From Candidatus Micrarchaeota archaeon (GTDB taxonomy: Archaea > B1Sed10-29 > JAJSAI01): a stretch of 64,000 nt of DNA. Under the pieces are notes generated by a model. That model had not been told where the DNA came from. It saw nothing but the letters and a program-made list of their open reading frames with translations, and did no database searches. Shown in pieces: positions 46,741-56,025 of the stretch. The translations under genes and the position numbers were made by a program. The stretch covers positions 16,868 through 80,867 of the forward strand of contig CAZVAJ010000003.1 of the NCBI GenBank assembly GCA_964625085.1, in the 5' to 3' direction. Position 1 is the first letter of the stretch. Every line of letters starts with the position of its first letter.

Positions 46741-49161
46741 TTATCCTTCTTGTTCTATTATTTCCTTTATTTTCTTCAGGTTCTCTTTTGTACGCATCTC
46801 TTCAGGCAAGAGCCTGTAAATGTCTTCTGAGGAACGCACGCCTACGGAAATCCAGTACTTTACACTGTCCTCAAGTGATGCTTTCTTCAGCGCCTCGGGC
46901 TTAGTTGCACGCTTTGTGGCATACCACACCATGCGGTAGATCTTGTCAAAAGAGCCCTTTTTTCTTACTTCTGCAGGAAGACTCAAGTATATCTTAAGGG
47001 GGTTCGTTTCTCCGGTAGAACGGATTATGTCCTCTACTATGCTGTCCATTCCTCTTTCCTGAACAGCCACGTCAGACGACGGTTTTATTTTTCCCAAATT
47101 CCGTTTGATCCCTGAGATCTGACTTCTTGAAGGTGCTACTCCCAACTCCTGCTGGATGTATTTTTGAATGTTGGATGGCTTTAAGTGCCCATGATTCATG
47201 GCTTCATAAATCCAGTATTCCCAAGTGTGAGGGTATAAAACTCTTCCATCAGCAAGCCGTATTTCAGAAAGGCCGCGTGTTTTATCCTTTGGTATCTCGT
47301 GCACTGAAACTGCAGCTTCCCTCTTGTACTCCTTAACTGTAACCTTCGGAATAGGAATACCCTCCTCTTTCAAGTCTCGTATAAGAGCCCAGGCTTCACG
47401 GGGGTTTTTTATCCCAACTCCTGACATGAACTCCTCCAAAGAAATTTTACCCCCCTTTTCTATTTCCCTAATAACGCTAAGGGCCTTCTCTTCTTCTTCA
47501 GTAACAGAGTACATCTTATTGTGGTACTCTACTACACGCCGTTCTTCAGTTACTCTAAGAGGCTTTTTCGGCACTATCTCGTTCATTTTCACTTTAACAG
47601 AGTTCCACATATGGTATATTGCACCCTGGGAAAGAGAGTAGGGGTAACCTGCTTTTTCCAGTTCAGAACGAAGGGATTCAATCGTCACCTTCTCGTTTCT
47701 GCCGCGTATCCTATTAACTGCGTCATACACGAACTGCTCAGCTTTAGTGAAACCTCTTGTCTTGTGGGTTTTGCGTTTCCGGATCGCTGCGACACGGCGG
47801 GCGGATTCTATGTCAACAGATTCTGACAACTCTTCACTGTAAACACCTTTTTTGGCAAGGTCTGCAAGCCTTGTTTTCACGTACTCAGGAGTGATAATCT
47901 TGCCTTTTTTAGCAAGTTCTAGCCGCACTCTCTCCACTGTCAATCTTTCTCCTCTAGAAAGAATGTTTGTCACTGCTTGATAAGTTTCATACTCCCTTTC
48001 TGTAAGAGAAACTTTTTCTCCGCCTTTAGTTGTGATAGTTGTCCTAAACACCTGCATGTCCCGAGGCAAAAGGCCTTTTCTTCTGAGCGCATAAATTGTT
48101 TGTATTATAAATTTTTCAGAATAAGTTCGGCCTGTGCGTTTCTCAATCAATTCCTTTAGCTCATCAGCAGAGATTCTTTCTCCTTCTCTAATCGCATTCA
48201 GGACATGGTACTCAAATTTAGTGAGCTCTTCCCCATTCACTTTAATACGAGCTGGCTCTTTGAGTTGCGAGTATTTTTTGGGTAGAAGGCCCATTTCGTT
48301 AAGTTTCCTGACAAAGACCACAAGAGCAGAATAATCCCATGAGACCCCATTTTTTTCAAGTATCTTCGTCCAATCCTTTATCGTTACGTTCCCTTTCTGG
48401 ATTTCAGACATAATTATGTCATACGTTTTTTTGCGCTTAGGGTCTAATCGTAGGTAGTGCGTCCCCTTTTTAATAACATGCACTCCAAACGATGACTGGT
48501 GTTCCCAACGGGTATTAGCCAGCGTAGAGTACTTAACGTTGACACCTTTTTTCTCAAGCAGCTGTCGTGCTTTTTTGATGTCCCCGTTTGTTTCTATCAA
48601 GGCTTCAAGGATGTTTTTCTTATGCTCGCTGACTCGGACTGTTTTGCCGTCCGGCAGGGTCACTTCAAATTTACCTTTGGGCAGCAGCCCCCAGTATTCA
48701 AGGGCTCTCATCTGAGGGGCCTGCACGCCTGCTTCCCACATCTTTCTCCTGTTCCAGCCCACTTTTTCCCCCACTCTTATGAGCTGTTTTAGGAGAGGGT
48801 CGTCTGGAATCACTTTGCCCTTGTACACTATGTAATCGCGCAAGATGCCTGCTTCTTTAAGCTGTTTTGAGAGGATTTCAGGGTATGTGTATAAAGCGCC
48901 TGGAGACTCCTCCAGTTCTTTGAGCACGCCAGTCTTTTCCAGTTTTGCCAGTCTTTTTTTTACATATTCTACTCCAGAAGAGCCCCGTGAAACGAAACGG
49001 TTTTGTTTCAAACGGTTTAATTCTTGGTATATCTTCTCAGGATTAGCGCCATGCAAGCTCACAAGCCACAATAGGACCGCGTCTTTTTTTGAAAGATTGT
49101 ACTCTTTGCGCGGGCTTAGTTTAATCTTTAGGCGTTGCGAACCTTTTTTACGTGTTTGCAT
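46741..49161 (-). CDS. 806-aa orphan protein made of tandem winged-HTH-like repeats
   Basis: Recurrent ~65-75 aa units (LTKFEYHVL...LRRKGLLP; LTEREYETY...LAKKGVY; FTKAEQFVY; VTEEEEKAL...LKEEGIP). Confidence 0.7.
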   Translation of the reverse strand: MQTRKKGSQRLKIKLSPRKEYNLSKKDAVLLWLVSLHGANPEKIYQELNRLKQNRFVSRGSSGVEYVKKRLAKLEKTGVLKELEESPGALYTYPEILSKQLKEAGILRDYIVYKGKVIPDDPLLKQLIRVGEKVGWNRRKMWEAGVQAPQMRALEYWGLLPKGKFEVTLPDGKTVRVSEHKKNILEALIETNGDIKKARQLLEKKGVNVKYSTLANTRWEHQSSFGVHVIKKGTHYLRLDPKRKKTYDIIMSEIQKGNVTIKDWTKILEKNGVSWDYSALVVFVRKLNEMGLLPKKYSQLKEPARIKVNGEELTKFEYHVLNAIREGERISADELKELIEKRTGRTYSEKFIIQTIYALRRKGLLPRDMQVFRTTITTKGGEKVSLTEREYETYQAVTNILSRGERLTVERVRLELAKKGKIITPEYVKTRLADLAKKGVYSEELSESVDIESARRVAAIRKRKTHKTRGFTKAEQFVYDAVNRIRGRNEKVTIESLRSELEKAGYPYSLSQGAIYHMWNSVKVKMNEIVPKKPLRVTEERRVVEYHNKMYSVTEEEEKALSVIREIEKGGKISLEEFMSGVGIKNPREAWALIRDLKEEGIPIPKVTVKEYKREAAVSVHEIPKDKTRGLSEIRLADGRVLYPHTWEYWIYEAMNHGHLKPSNIQKYIQQELGVAPSRSQISGIKRNLGKIKPSSDVAVQERGMDSIVEDIIRSTGETNPLKIYLSLPAEVRKKGSFDKIYRMVWYATKRATKPEALKKASLEDSVKYWISVGVRSSEDIYRLLPEEMRTKENLKKIKEIIEQEG

Positions 49162-49203
49162 GTGAAAGAATATAGTGCGTAAAGGGTTATATTAGTTACA
49201 GTG

Positions 49204-50736
49204 CTAACAGCAGTACCAGTCCTTGACTTCTGTTCCAGGTTCACCGAACGGGTTCCCGTACCTGCGCACGTTTTCTATCATTTTTCTGTTAGCCTGAGTT
49301 TCTTTCCCTTGTTTGACAAGGCGTTTTCTTTTTTCAAGAATTTTTTCTGATAGCTTTAGTCCTGTGGGGCACACCTGGTCACAGGACTTGCACAGCGTGC
49401 AGGAATAGAATGCTTCAAGGTCATCCATGTCATTGAACAGGATTGCTCTTCCTCGCGATCCTATTGACTCGTTTAGTTCTGTTAGGTAAACTGGGCATGT
49501 TTTGCACAACCCGCACTGCACGCAGTCATCTAAAGGACTGCTTTTCGAGTACCTTGTTACCGAGATTATCTTGCCCGGGTTCATTATCCCTTTCGGGTCG
49601 TACTCCTCTTTCAGTTTTTTGAGCTTCTGTTTGAACTCGTCTGGAACGTACTTCACTTTCTTGATCCCGTACCCGTGTTCTCCTGAAGCAAGACCGTTCA
49701 CAGACATTACAAGCGCGTGCAGTTTGGGAACAAGGTTCTTGTTTTCTTCTGAGAATCTGGGGTGAAGTATGCCACACCCTATGTGAGCTACTGTGGGAAT
49801 TTTGTTCTGCATTAGCCAGTTTAAAACTTTTTTCAGCCCTTCTTCTGGCACCCAGGGATCTTCTATGAGAGTGTAACCAGCTGATGCTCTAAGCGGACCT
49901 AGTGACTCTCTAAGAGTTGTCAGTTCTTTTATCTTTTCAGGGGAAGTGATCTCTCCTGAAGTGTCCTGGTATCCAATCATAAGATGGTGCGTTTCTTGGA
50001 GTCCTGCCAGCTGAGAAGACAAAGGACATATGTACTCCAGGAAAGACGCTTTATCTTTTTCTTCCAGAACAGTTTTGATTACTTCATCAATAGAGGGGCA
50101 TGCTTTCAGTGTAAGGCTTTCTTCTTCTTTCTTTTCTGTAAGGTTTAGTACTGCTTCTATGATTATGCCGAGCGTGCCTTCTGTGCCGCAAAAATCCTTT
50201 GCCTTGTTTCCTGAAAGCTTTACTATCTCTCCTTTTCCATTAATGACGGTCAGTTCTTGCACCCAGTCAGAAGTCCTGCCGTACTTTACTGCTCTTAGGC
50301 CTACTGCGTTAGTGCTTATCATACCCCCTATCGTGCACACTTTTTCGCTTGAAGGGATCACGGGAAACCATAACCTATGCTGTTCTGCGTGATGGTTTAT
50401 GTCAAAGAGTATTGCTCCAGGCTCCACTATTGCCTTTTTTTCTTCTGGAAGCACGTGAACATCGTTCAATCTGCTCAAGTCAATGACCACTCCAGTGGGC
50501 ACTGCTCCTCCAGCAAGGCCTGTGCCTGCTCCTCTTGGGGTTATTGGAACATCATTCTCGTAACAGGCCTTAACCAGTTTTGTAACTTCTTTTTTTTCTT
50601 TTGGCCAGAACACGATATCCGCAGGTTTTTCGAGCAGTGAAGCGTCTGAAGAGTAGCTGATCTTCTCGCGGAGTGAATCAGAACAGTTGACTCCTGTCTT
50701 TTTCAGGGCGCTCACCTGCGTCTTAGTCAAGTGCAT
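49204..50736 (-). CDS. FAD-binding oxidoreductase (GlcD/D-lactate dehydrogenase-like) with C-terminal 2x[4Fe-4S]
   Basis: PRGAGTGLAGG, GTEGTLGII, SGEHGYG, DPKGIMNPGK, CVQCGLC and CTLCKSCDQVCP. Confidence 0.9.
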   Translation of the reverse strand: MHLTKTQVSALKKTGVNCSDSLREKISYSSDASLLEKPADIVFWPKEKKEVTKLVKACYENDVPITPRGAGTGLAGGAVPTGVVIDLSRLNDVHVLPEEKKAIVEPGAILFDINHHAEQHRLWFPVIPSSEKVCTIGGMISTNAVGLRAVKYGRTSDWVQELTVINGKGEIVKLSGNKAKDFCGTEGTLGIIIEAVLNLTEKKEEESLTLKACPSIDEVIKTVLEEKDKASFLEYICPLSSQLAGLQETHHLMIGYQDTSGEITSPEKIKELTTLRESLGPLRASAGYTLIEDPWVPEEGLKKVLNWLMQNKIPTVAHIGCGILHPRFSEENKNLVPKLHALVMSVNGLASGEHGYGIKKVKYVPDEFKQKLKKLKEEYDPKGIMNPGKIISVTRYSKSSPLDDCVQCGLCKTCPVYLTELNESIGSRGRAILFNDMDDLEAFYSCTLCKSCDQVCPTGLKLSEKILEKRKRLVKQGKETQANRKMIENVRRYGNPFGEPGTEVKDWYCC

Positions 50737-51442
50737 TAAGTATCACCTGTGAAGTCTCAACAACTTTTAGTCCAGTGCCTTCTGCTGATTCTTTCAGGTG
50801 CAGGTAGCACATGGGACAAGAGGTCGTTAGTGTTTCTGCCTTTGTTTCAAGCGCTTGGCCAATTCTCATCCTGCCCACTTTCTTGCTCTTTTCAGGATAG
50901 TTTGATCTTAGTCCTCCGCCTGCTCCGCAGCACATGCTGTTTTCCTTCGAATCACGCATCTCCACTATCTCGTATCCCAGTTTGGAGAGCAGTTGTCTGG
51001 GAAGATCATACTCTCCGGAGTATCTTCCAAGGTGGCAGGGATCATGAAAAGTTATTTTACCTTTGGGCTCAAATTCTTTCTCATGCTCTTCAAGTTTATT
51101 CAGGACTTCCTGTAGGATGAGCTTCGGCTGGAACTCAGGATAGTATGTTTTGAACATATTGTAGCATGAAGGACAGCTGAATAGCACGGTCTCAACATTG
51201 TATTCTTTCATTGCTTGCACTTGTTTTTGTCTGAGTTCTTCAAAATCCTGTTTGTATCCTGCGTTCAGGACAGGGGACCCGCAGCAGTAGAATTCAGGCA
51301 CTTCAATGAATTTCACACCTATTCTCTTGAGGATCTTTTCGTAGTCCTGCTGTACTTCTGGCAGGGCGAATTTAGTGAGGCATCCTGGATAGTAAGCTGT
51401 TTTTCCTTTTCCGGACAACAGCTTGGTCAGCAGCCCCATCAC
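50723..51442 (-). CDS. CCG-domain Fe-S protein (GlcF/HdrB-like)
   Basis: YPGC, CCGSP, CPSC, HDPCHLGR, CCGAGGG, CPMC. Confidence 0.9.
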   Translation of the reverse strand: MMGLLTKLLSGKGKTAYYPGCLTKFALPEVQQDYEKILKRIGVKFIEVPEFYCCGSPVLNAGYKQDFEELRQKQVQAMKEYNVETVLFSCPSCYNMFKTYYPEFQPKLILQEVLNKLEEHEKEFEPKGKITFHDPCHLGRYSGEYDLPRQLLSKLGYEIVEMRDSKENSMCCGAGGGLRSNYPEKSKKVGRMRIGQALETKAETLTTSCPMCYLHLKESAEGTGLKVVETSQVILNALD

Positions 51443-52557
51443 ACCACCACTATCAGCAAGGCTAACAGCAGTAAACCAATGCCCATGATAAGCCTGAACT
51501 GTCTCCGGTGCTTTAGCCTGAAGGTTTCTATGCTTTTCGCGCTTTTTCCTTTAATGAAAAGCAGGGTTATGATGATCAAGGGAGTTATGAACAAAAGGTT
51601 GTACAGTATTAAGTAAAACAGGAAGAGTAATGGGCTTATGCCGCTTGATACAAAGTAGGTTACTATCCCAAGGTACATCATTCCAGAGCAGGGGAACTCG
51701 ACTATTGTAACAAAGAGCCCCATAAGCAAAATTGCTGGTATGCTCGCCTTTTTGATTAACTTGATCACTTTGTTCTTTTGGGATTCGTTAAGCTTGAACG
51801 TAAATCCTTTTCCATACCAGAAGAAGTCTTTTATGTTAACTGCTGCAGCGAAAACTATGAAGACTGCCACGAGCATTTTTGCGATCCACATTATGTTCAT
51901 CGCGAAGAAGCTGAACTGGTTCACCAGCATTATGGCGCCTGCGAATATAACAAGCCCGATAATGAAATAGGATACATACACGCACAGGGTGTACAATCCC
52001 CCTAGAATAATCATGTCTTTTTTGTCTGATTTCATACTGCTGAGTGTGGCGAACAAAAGACCCAGGACAGCCATTATACAGGGATTAACTGAATCTGCAA
52101 GGCCCGTACCCATGACAAGAGCCAGGTCAGACAATACGTTCCTTTCAACCTTCGTAACTCCTCCGTCCTGCATAACCCGGGAAACTGTCTTGTTCTCTGC
52201 AGTCGTGTTTAGGGAGGGTATTCCAGAGTATTCTTCAACCACTGACTGGAGAGTGTCTATTATGGGTCTGTCTCCTTGAATCACCCTCCCGTTTTTCCAG
52301 TCATCTGTAAAGACAAGCGCGGTCGGAACCCCTGCAGGAATATTATACTGATTTACCACCTGCATAAATTTCTCTTGGTTTTCCGAGCTAAAGTCAAGAA
52401 GATAGTTCTCTACGCTTGCATTGATGTTGTTAAGCACTCCTGACTGCATCACGTTATGACAGTGCGGACAGTTCACCGAGTAAAAGAACCATACGTTCGC
52501 TGAAGCTGCTGCTGGCATTATCAACATGATTATACTGAGGAATATTTTCAGATTCAT
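51439..52557 (-). CDS. thioredoxin-like (CPHC) domain fused to CcdA/DsbD-like TM domain
   Basis: Signal peptide, FYSVNCPHC, GVPT, DSVNPC, EFPC, multiple TMs. Confidence 0.85.
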   Translation of the reverse strand: MNLKIFLSIIMLIMPAAASANVWFFYSVNCPHCHNVMQSGVLNNINASVENYLLDFSSENQEKFMQVVNQYNIPAGVPTALVFTDDWKNGRVIQGDRPIIDTLQSVVEEYSGIPSLNTTAENKTVSRVMQDGGVTKVERNVLSDLALVMGTGLADSVNPCIMAVLGLLFATLSSMKSDKKDMIILGGLYTLCVYVSYFIIGLVIFAGAIMLVNQFSFFAMNIMWIAKMLVAVFIVFAAAVNIKDFFWYGKGFTFKLNESQKNKVIKLIKKASIPAILLMGLFVTIVEFPCSGMMYLGIVTYFVSSGISPLLFLFYLILYNLLFITPLIIITLLFIKGKSAKSIETFRLKHRRQFRLIMGIGLLLLALLIVVV

Positions 52558-52619
52558 TTTTACACCGGAAAAATTATTGCTGAAACCATTTATAAACGTT
52601 GGTTTCATAAAATGAAACC

Positions 52620-53099
52620 ATGCGGTTTTACACCAAGAGCTTGTTGCTTGGGCTTTCAGTTTTTTCAGGATTCGTGTTCGTAACCACCTTCCTCGCCCTA
52701 TCTCTACAGTCAAACCTGCCTCCTGAACTGTGCTCTTGTAGTCCGTGGGCCTGGTTACCTTATCTGATACCTCTTCTTTCATCTTTGGGCTTGTTTGTAG
52801 GAGGCGTGGTGTTTTATTTTACAGAATCTTGGGTCGAGCATAGAGCAAGCCAGATTGAAGCACAAGCACTCATAACCCAACTTTTGTCCTGCCTTCCAGA
52901 AGAAGAGGCGGAAGTGGTCTCTTTTTTAACAAAAGGCCCTGCAACGCAGGCAGAAATAGGACGGAAGCTTGGGCTAGGCAAAGTAAAGGCGCATAGGATA
53001 ATAAAACGGCTTGAAGAACGAGGCGTGGTAAAAGTAAAAAAGGCGGGAAAAACTAATCAAGTTTTTTTGACAGGTCAACTGGAATCAGTTCAAGTATAG
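52620..53099 (+). CDS. membrane-anchored winged-HTH regulator
   Basis: Two TMs followed by TQAEIGRKLGLGKVKAHRIIKRLEERGVV. Confidence 0.82.
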   Translation: MRFYTKSLLLGLSVFSGFVFVTTFLALSLQSNLPPELCSCSPWAWLPYLIPLLSSLGLFVGGVVFYFTESWVEHRASQIEAQALITQLLSCLPEEEAEVVSFLTKGPATQAEIGRKLGLGKVKAHRIIKRLEERGVVKVKKAGKTNQVFLTGQLESVQV

Positions 53100-54348
53100 C
53101 CTGCTCCGCCTGTTTGTGAGTGGCCTTTCCCCCAGATGTTTTTATAACCTGCCCTATAAGGTAGTGGAGTACGCTCTTTTTGCCTTTCATAAGCTTGTCA
53201 ACAGCCTTCTGTTCAGAGCGTACTACTTTTAACGCGACTTCTTTTACTTCAGAATAACTAAGCAATCCAGTAGTAGATGGCTTTTCTCCTTTTAGCATTC
53301 TGCGTAGTGCGCGTGTGAACTGTACCTTGCTTATCTGGCCTTTTTCTTGCTGAATCAGTAGCCTGGCGATTTCATGAAGCTCCGCGTGCTCAATGGACGC
53401 GTTTTCTCTTTTAAGTTCTCCAATCAGGGATGATGAGATCCACTGCGCGGCTTTAAGAGGAGGAGTATACTCTGACAAGCGGGAGTAGAACACAGCAAGA
53501 CCACTTACCATGATTGTGCGTATTAGTTTTGAGGGTATTCCTTCACGCTCCATCCTTTCTTTTATGCGGAACACGCTGTCGACATCAACAAGAGGGAAAA
53601 GGGGAACCAGGTCAATAGAGGGAATATCAGGATCTGGGATGTACCTGTACTCTACTGCAGACTCTTTTTCCCTGAGTGGAACAGTTATTCCTTTCTTCTC
53701 GTCATAGTGTTTGGTAACTTCTGTCAAGTAAGATCTTTTTTGCAGTATCTCTTTTTCGTATTCAATTGCACGAATGATTCCTTTTATTGTACTAACCTCC
53801 TTGACCTCAATTTTTTTCCCGTCTCCTGCTGAAATGTTAATATCCGTCCGAAGGGTCTTATCAGACCAGACTCCGAAGCATTCAAGCAGATCCCTGAGTG
53901 ATCTGATGAACTTCTCCGCTTCACGGGCAGAGCATATGTCAGGCTCTGTAACTATTTCTATAAGAGGGTGTCCTGCTCTTGAGTAGTCCACAGTACCTTT
54001 TTTAAGGTCGTACCTTCCGGCATCCTCTTCAACATGCACTTCCCTTATTCTAATACCCTCAAGCGAGCCTTGCGTGCCTACAGGGGTGCTTGTTCGTTGG
54101 AATCCTGCAGGAAGGTCAGGATAGAAGTAGTGCTTGCGCAGGAAGGTTATCTGCGGACTGACTTTGCAGCGCAATGCTTTTGCAACGAGTATCGTTTTGA
54201 GCAGAGCTGTTTTGTTAGGTTCTAAAGGTTTTGCTCCTGGATGTGCAGCGCATATTTCACACACGCTTTCCTCAGACGTTGGACATCTGCAGAACAGTTT
54301 TGAGCTTGTTGCAGGATGAAAATGAACCTCAAGACCTACTTTTATCAT
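53053..54348 (-). CDS. gatB: Asp/Glu-tRNA amidotransferase subunit B
   Basis: GLEVH, KLFC, RKHYFYPDLP, EEDAG, EIVTEPD, YRYIPDPD, GQVIK. Confidence 0.93.
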   Translation of the reverse strand: MIKVGLEVHFHPATSSKLFCRCPTSEESVCEICAAHPGAKPLEPNKTALLKTILVAKALRCKVSPQITFLRKHYFYPDLPAGFQRTSTPVGTQGSLEGIRIREVHVEEDAGRYDLKKGTVDYSRAGHPLIEIVTEPDICSAREAEKFIRSLRDLLECFGVWSDKTLRTDINISAGDGKKIEVKEVSTIKGIIRAIEYEKEILQKRSYLTEVTKHYDEKKGITVPLREKESAVEYRYIPDPDIPSIDLVPLFPLVDVDSVFRIKERMEREGIPSKLIRTIMVSGLAVFYSRLSEYTPPLKAAQWISSSLIGELKRENASIEHAELHEIARLLIQQEKGQISKVQFTRALRRMLKGEKPSTTGLLSYSEVKEVALKVVRSEQKAVDKLMKGKKSVLHYLIGQVIKTSGGKATHKQAEQAILELIPVDLSKKLD

Positions 54349-55670
54349 TCTTTATCCCTCTCTTTTTCATATTCTCTGGCAACTCGCAGCACGCTTTCAT
54401 CATCCTTGCCGATTATCTGGAGGCCTATTGGCAGGCCTTGTACAGTACCGCAGGGTACTGAGATTGCAGGGAGGCCTGCTGCCGACGCTATCCCTGTAAG
54501 AAGGTCTGAAGCGTATTCCTTCAAGGGATCTTGAATTTCTCCAATTTTCCAAGGAACGCAAGGCATTGTGGGGCATACTATAAAGTCTGTACTTTGGAGT
54601 GTGGTTTTCAGTGATTGTTTGAATCTTTCGATTGCCTTCTTCGCTCTGGAGTAGTACTTTTCCTTGTATTCTGCCATTGTAACTGCTGCTCCAACAAGAA
54701 TCCTTCGTTTAACTTCCTCTGAGAGGAATTGTGTTCTTGTACTGACCACCTGGTCTTCAAATGTTTTTCCATCCTTGCTTTTACCATACCTAATGCCGTC
54801 ATACCTCTGCATACTGCTAGCAAATTCAGCTGACATCACCACGTAGTACGCTTTAACAACCTGTTCCAAGGACAGACTTATCTCAGAGGTTTCTGCGTTA
54901 ATTTTATCTGCTTCTTTTTCAACTAGTCTGGCGATCCTGGGGTCAACAGGGTCTTCAAAACCCTCTTTAAGCAGTAGAACATGTTTGTGGGCAAGGGGTT
55001 TTTCAAGCTGGCTCGTGTAATCTTTTTGCTGCGTGATGCTAACAGTCAGGTCCCCTTTGCCTCCTGCGATCATGGAGAGAAGATACGCTACACCATACAC
55101 ATCCCTTGCCATAGGTCCAATGGTATCCATGCTCATACACAGGTCTACGAGGCCCTTTCGACTCACAAGACCATAAGAAGGTCTTAATCCAACTACCCCT
55201 GAAAAGCTTGCTGGAGCCCTCACTGAACCAAACGTGTCTGTCCCAAGAGCGAGATCCACAAGACCAAGCGCAAGAGCTGTAGCGCTTCCTCCGCTGGAAC
55301 CGCCGGGAACGCGGAGTGGGTCGTGAGCGTTTCGGGTCACGCCAAAGTCGCTCGTGGCCCCTGAACTGCCGCAGGCGAAAGAGTCACAGCTGGTCTTACC
55401 TAAAAGGGTAGTGTGTTCTTTTACTCTTGCGTATGCGGTGGCATCATAAACAGGCACATGCCCTTGAAGTATTCTTGAACAGCAGGTCATAGGAGCTCCT
55501 TTCACTGCAATCGTGTCCTTTATTCCTATACTTGGTCCAAGAACCTTGTCAGGCTCGCTTGTCCACACAAAAGGGTGATACTCTTCTGCTCTTTTTGCCA
55601 GTTCCAGCTGATAGTGTATTCTGTCCTCTAGATCCTCCTTGTCCATTAGAAGAATGTCCCTTGTTTTCAT
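54345..55670 (-). CDS. gatA: Asp/Glu-tRNA amidotransferase subunit A
   Basis: GIKD, PGGSSGGS, GTDTFGSVRAPAS, RYDGIRYG, EVKRRIL. Confidence 0.93.
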   Translation of the reverse strand: MKTRDILLMDKEDLEDRIHYQLELAKRAEEYHPFVWTSEPDKVLGPSIGIKDTIAVKGAPMTCCSRILQGHVPVYDATAYARVKEHTTLLGKTSCDSFACGSSGATSDFGVTRNAHDPLRVPGGSSGGSATALALGLVDLALGTDTFGSVRAPASFSGVVGLRPSYGLVSRKGLVDLCMSMDTIGPMARDVYGVAYLLSMIAGGKGDLTVSITQQKDYTSQLEKPLAHKHVLLLKEGFEDPVDPRIARLVEKEADKINAETSEISLSLEQVVKAYYVVMSAEFASSMQRYDGIRYGKSKDGKTFEDQVVSTRTQFLSEEVKRRILVGAAVTMAEYKEKYYSRAKKAIERFKQSLKTTLQSTDFIVCPTMPCVPWKIGEIQDPLKEYASDLLTGIASAAGLPAISVPCGTVQGLPIGLQIIGKDDESVLRVAREYEKERDKE

Positions 55671-55912
55671 AAGCTTCTTGGAACAAGACATTTTCTCCCT
55701 CTCCTTGAAGTAAACTGTAAAATAATCTGCTTCTTCTTCTCTGCATCCTTGAACGCATCATCTTTTCTGAACACGGGAAAAGCTTGCTTTTTTCCAAGGC
55801 CTTCTTTTGGCTCGGGAAGCGCGTCTGCCCATTCGAGCACACGTGACACTGATCTTTCAAGTTCTTCAGACGCGGCTAATCGCGCAGTTCTGCAAACCTT
55901 AATAATCTTCAT
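55667..55912 (-). CDS. gatC: amidotransferase subunit C (divergent)
   Basis: Size and position upstream of gatA, ARL...VLEW...VFRKD...VPR pattern, GGAGGT SD. Confidence 0.75.
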   Translation of the reverse strand: MKIIKVCRTARLAASEELERSVSRVLEWADALPEPKEGLGKKQAFPVFRKDDAFKDAEKKKQIILQFTSRRGRKCLVPRSL

Positions 55913-55927
55913 TTTCGTAACCTCCAT

Positions 55928-56004
55928 TGGCGCCCGGGGGTGGATTCGAACCACCATCATCAGGTTAACAGCCTGACATCCTGCCTGGATTAGACTACCC
56001 GGGC
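55928..56004 (-). tRNA. second tRNA-Asn(GTT), atypical body, CCA encoded
   Basis: GCCCGGG/CCCGGGC acceptor, TCAGG-CTGTTAA-CCTGA anticodon arm, GGTGG-TTCGAAT-CCACC T arm. Confidence 0.92.
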
Positions 56005-56025
56005 GTCTTTTACTCCGCACCCTAC

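Noticed and set aside
55928..56004. tRNA as attachment site of an integrated element
   Set aside because: No integrase and no duplicated tRNA 3' end were seen for any of the three tRNAs in the window.
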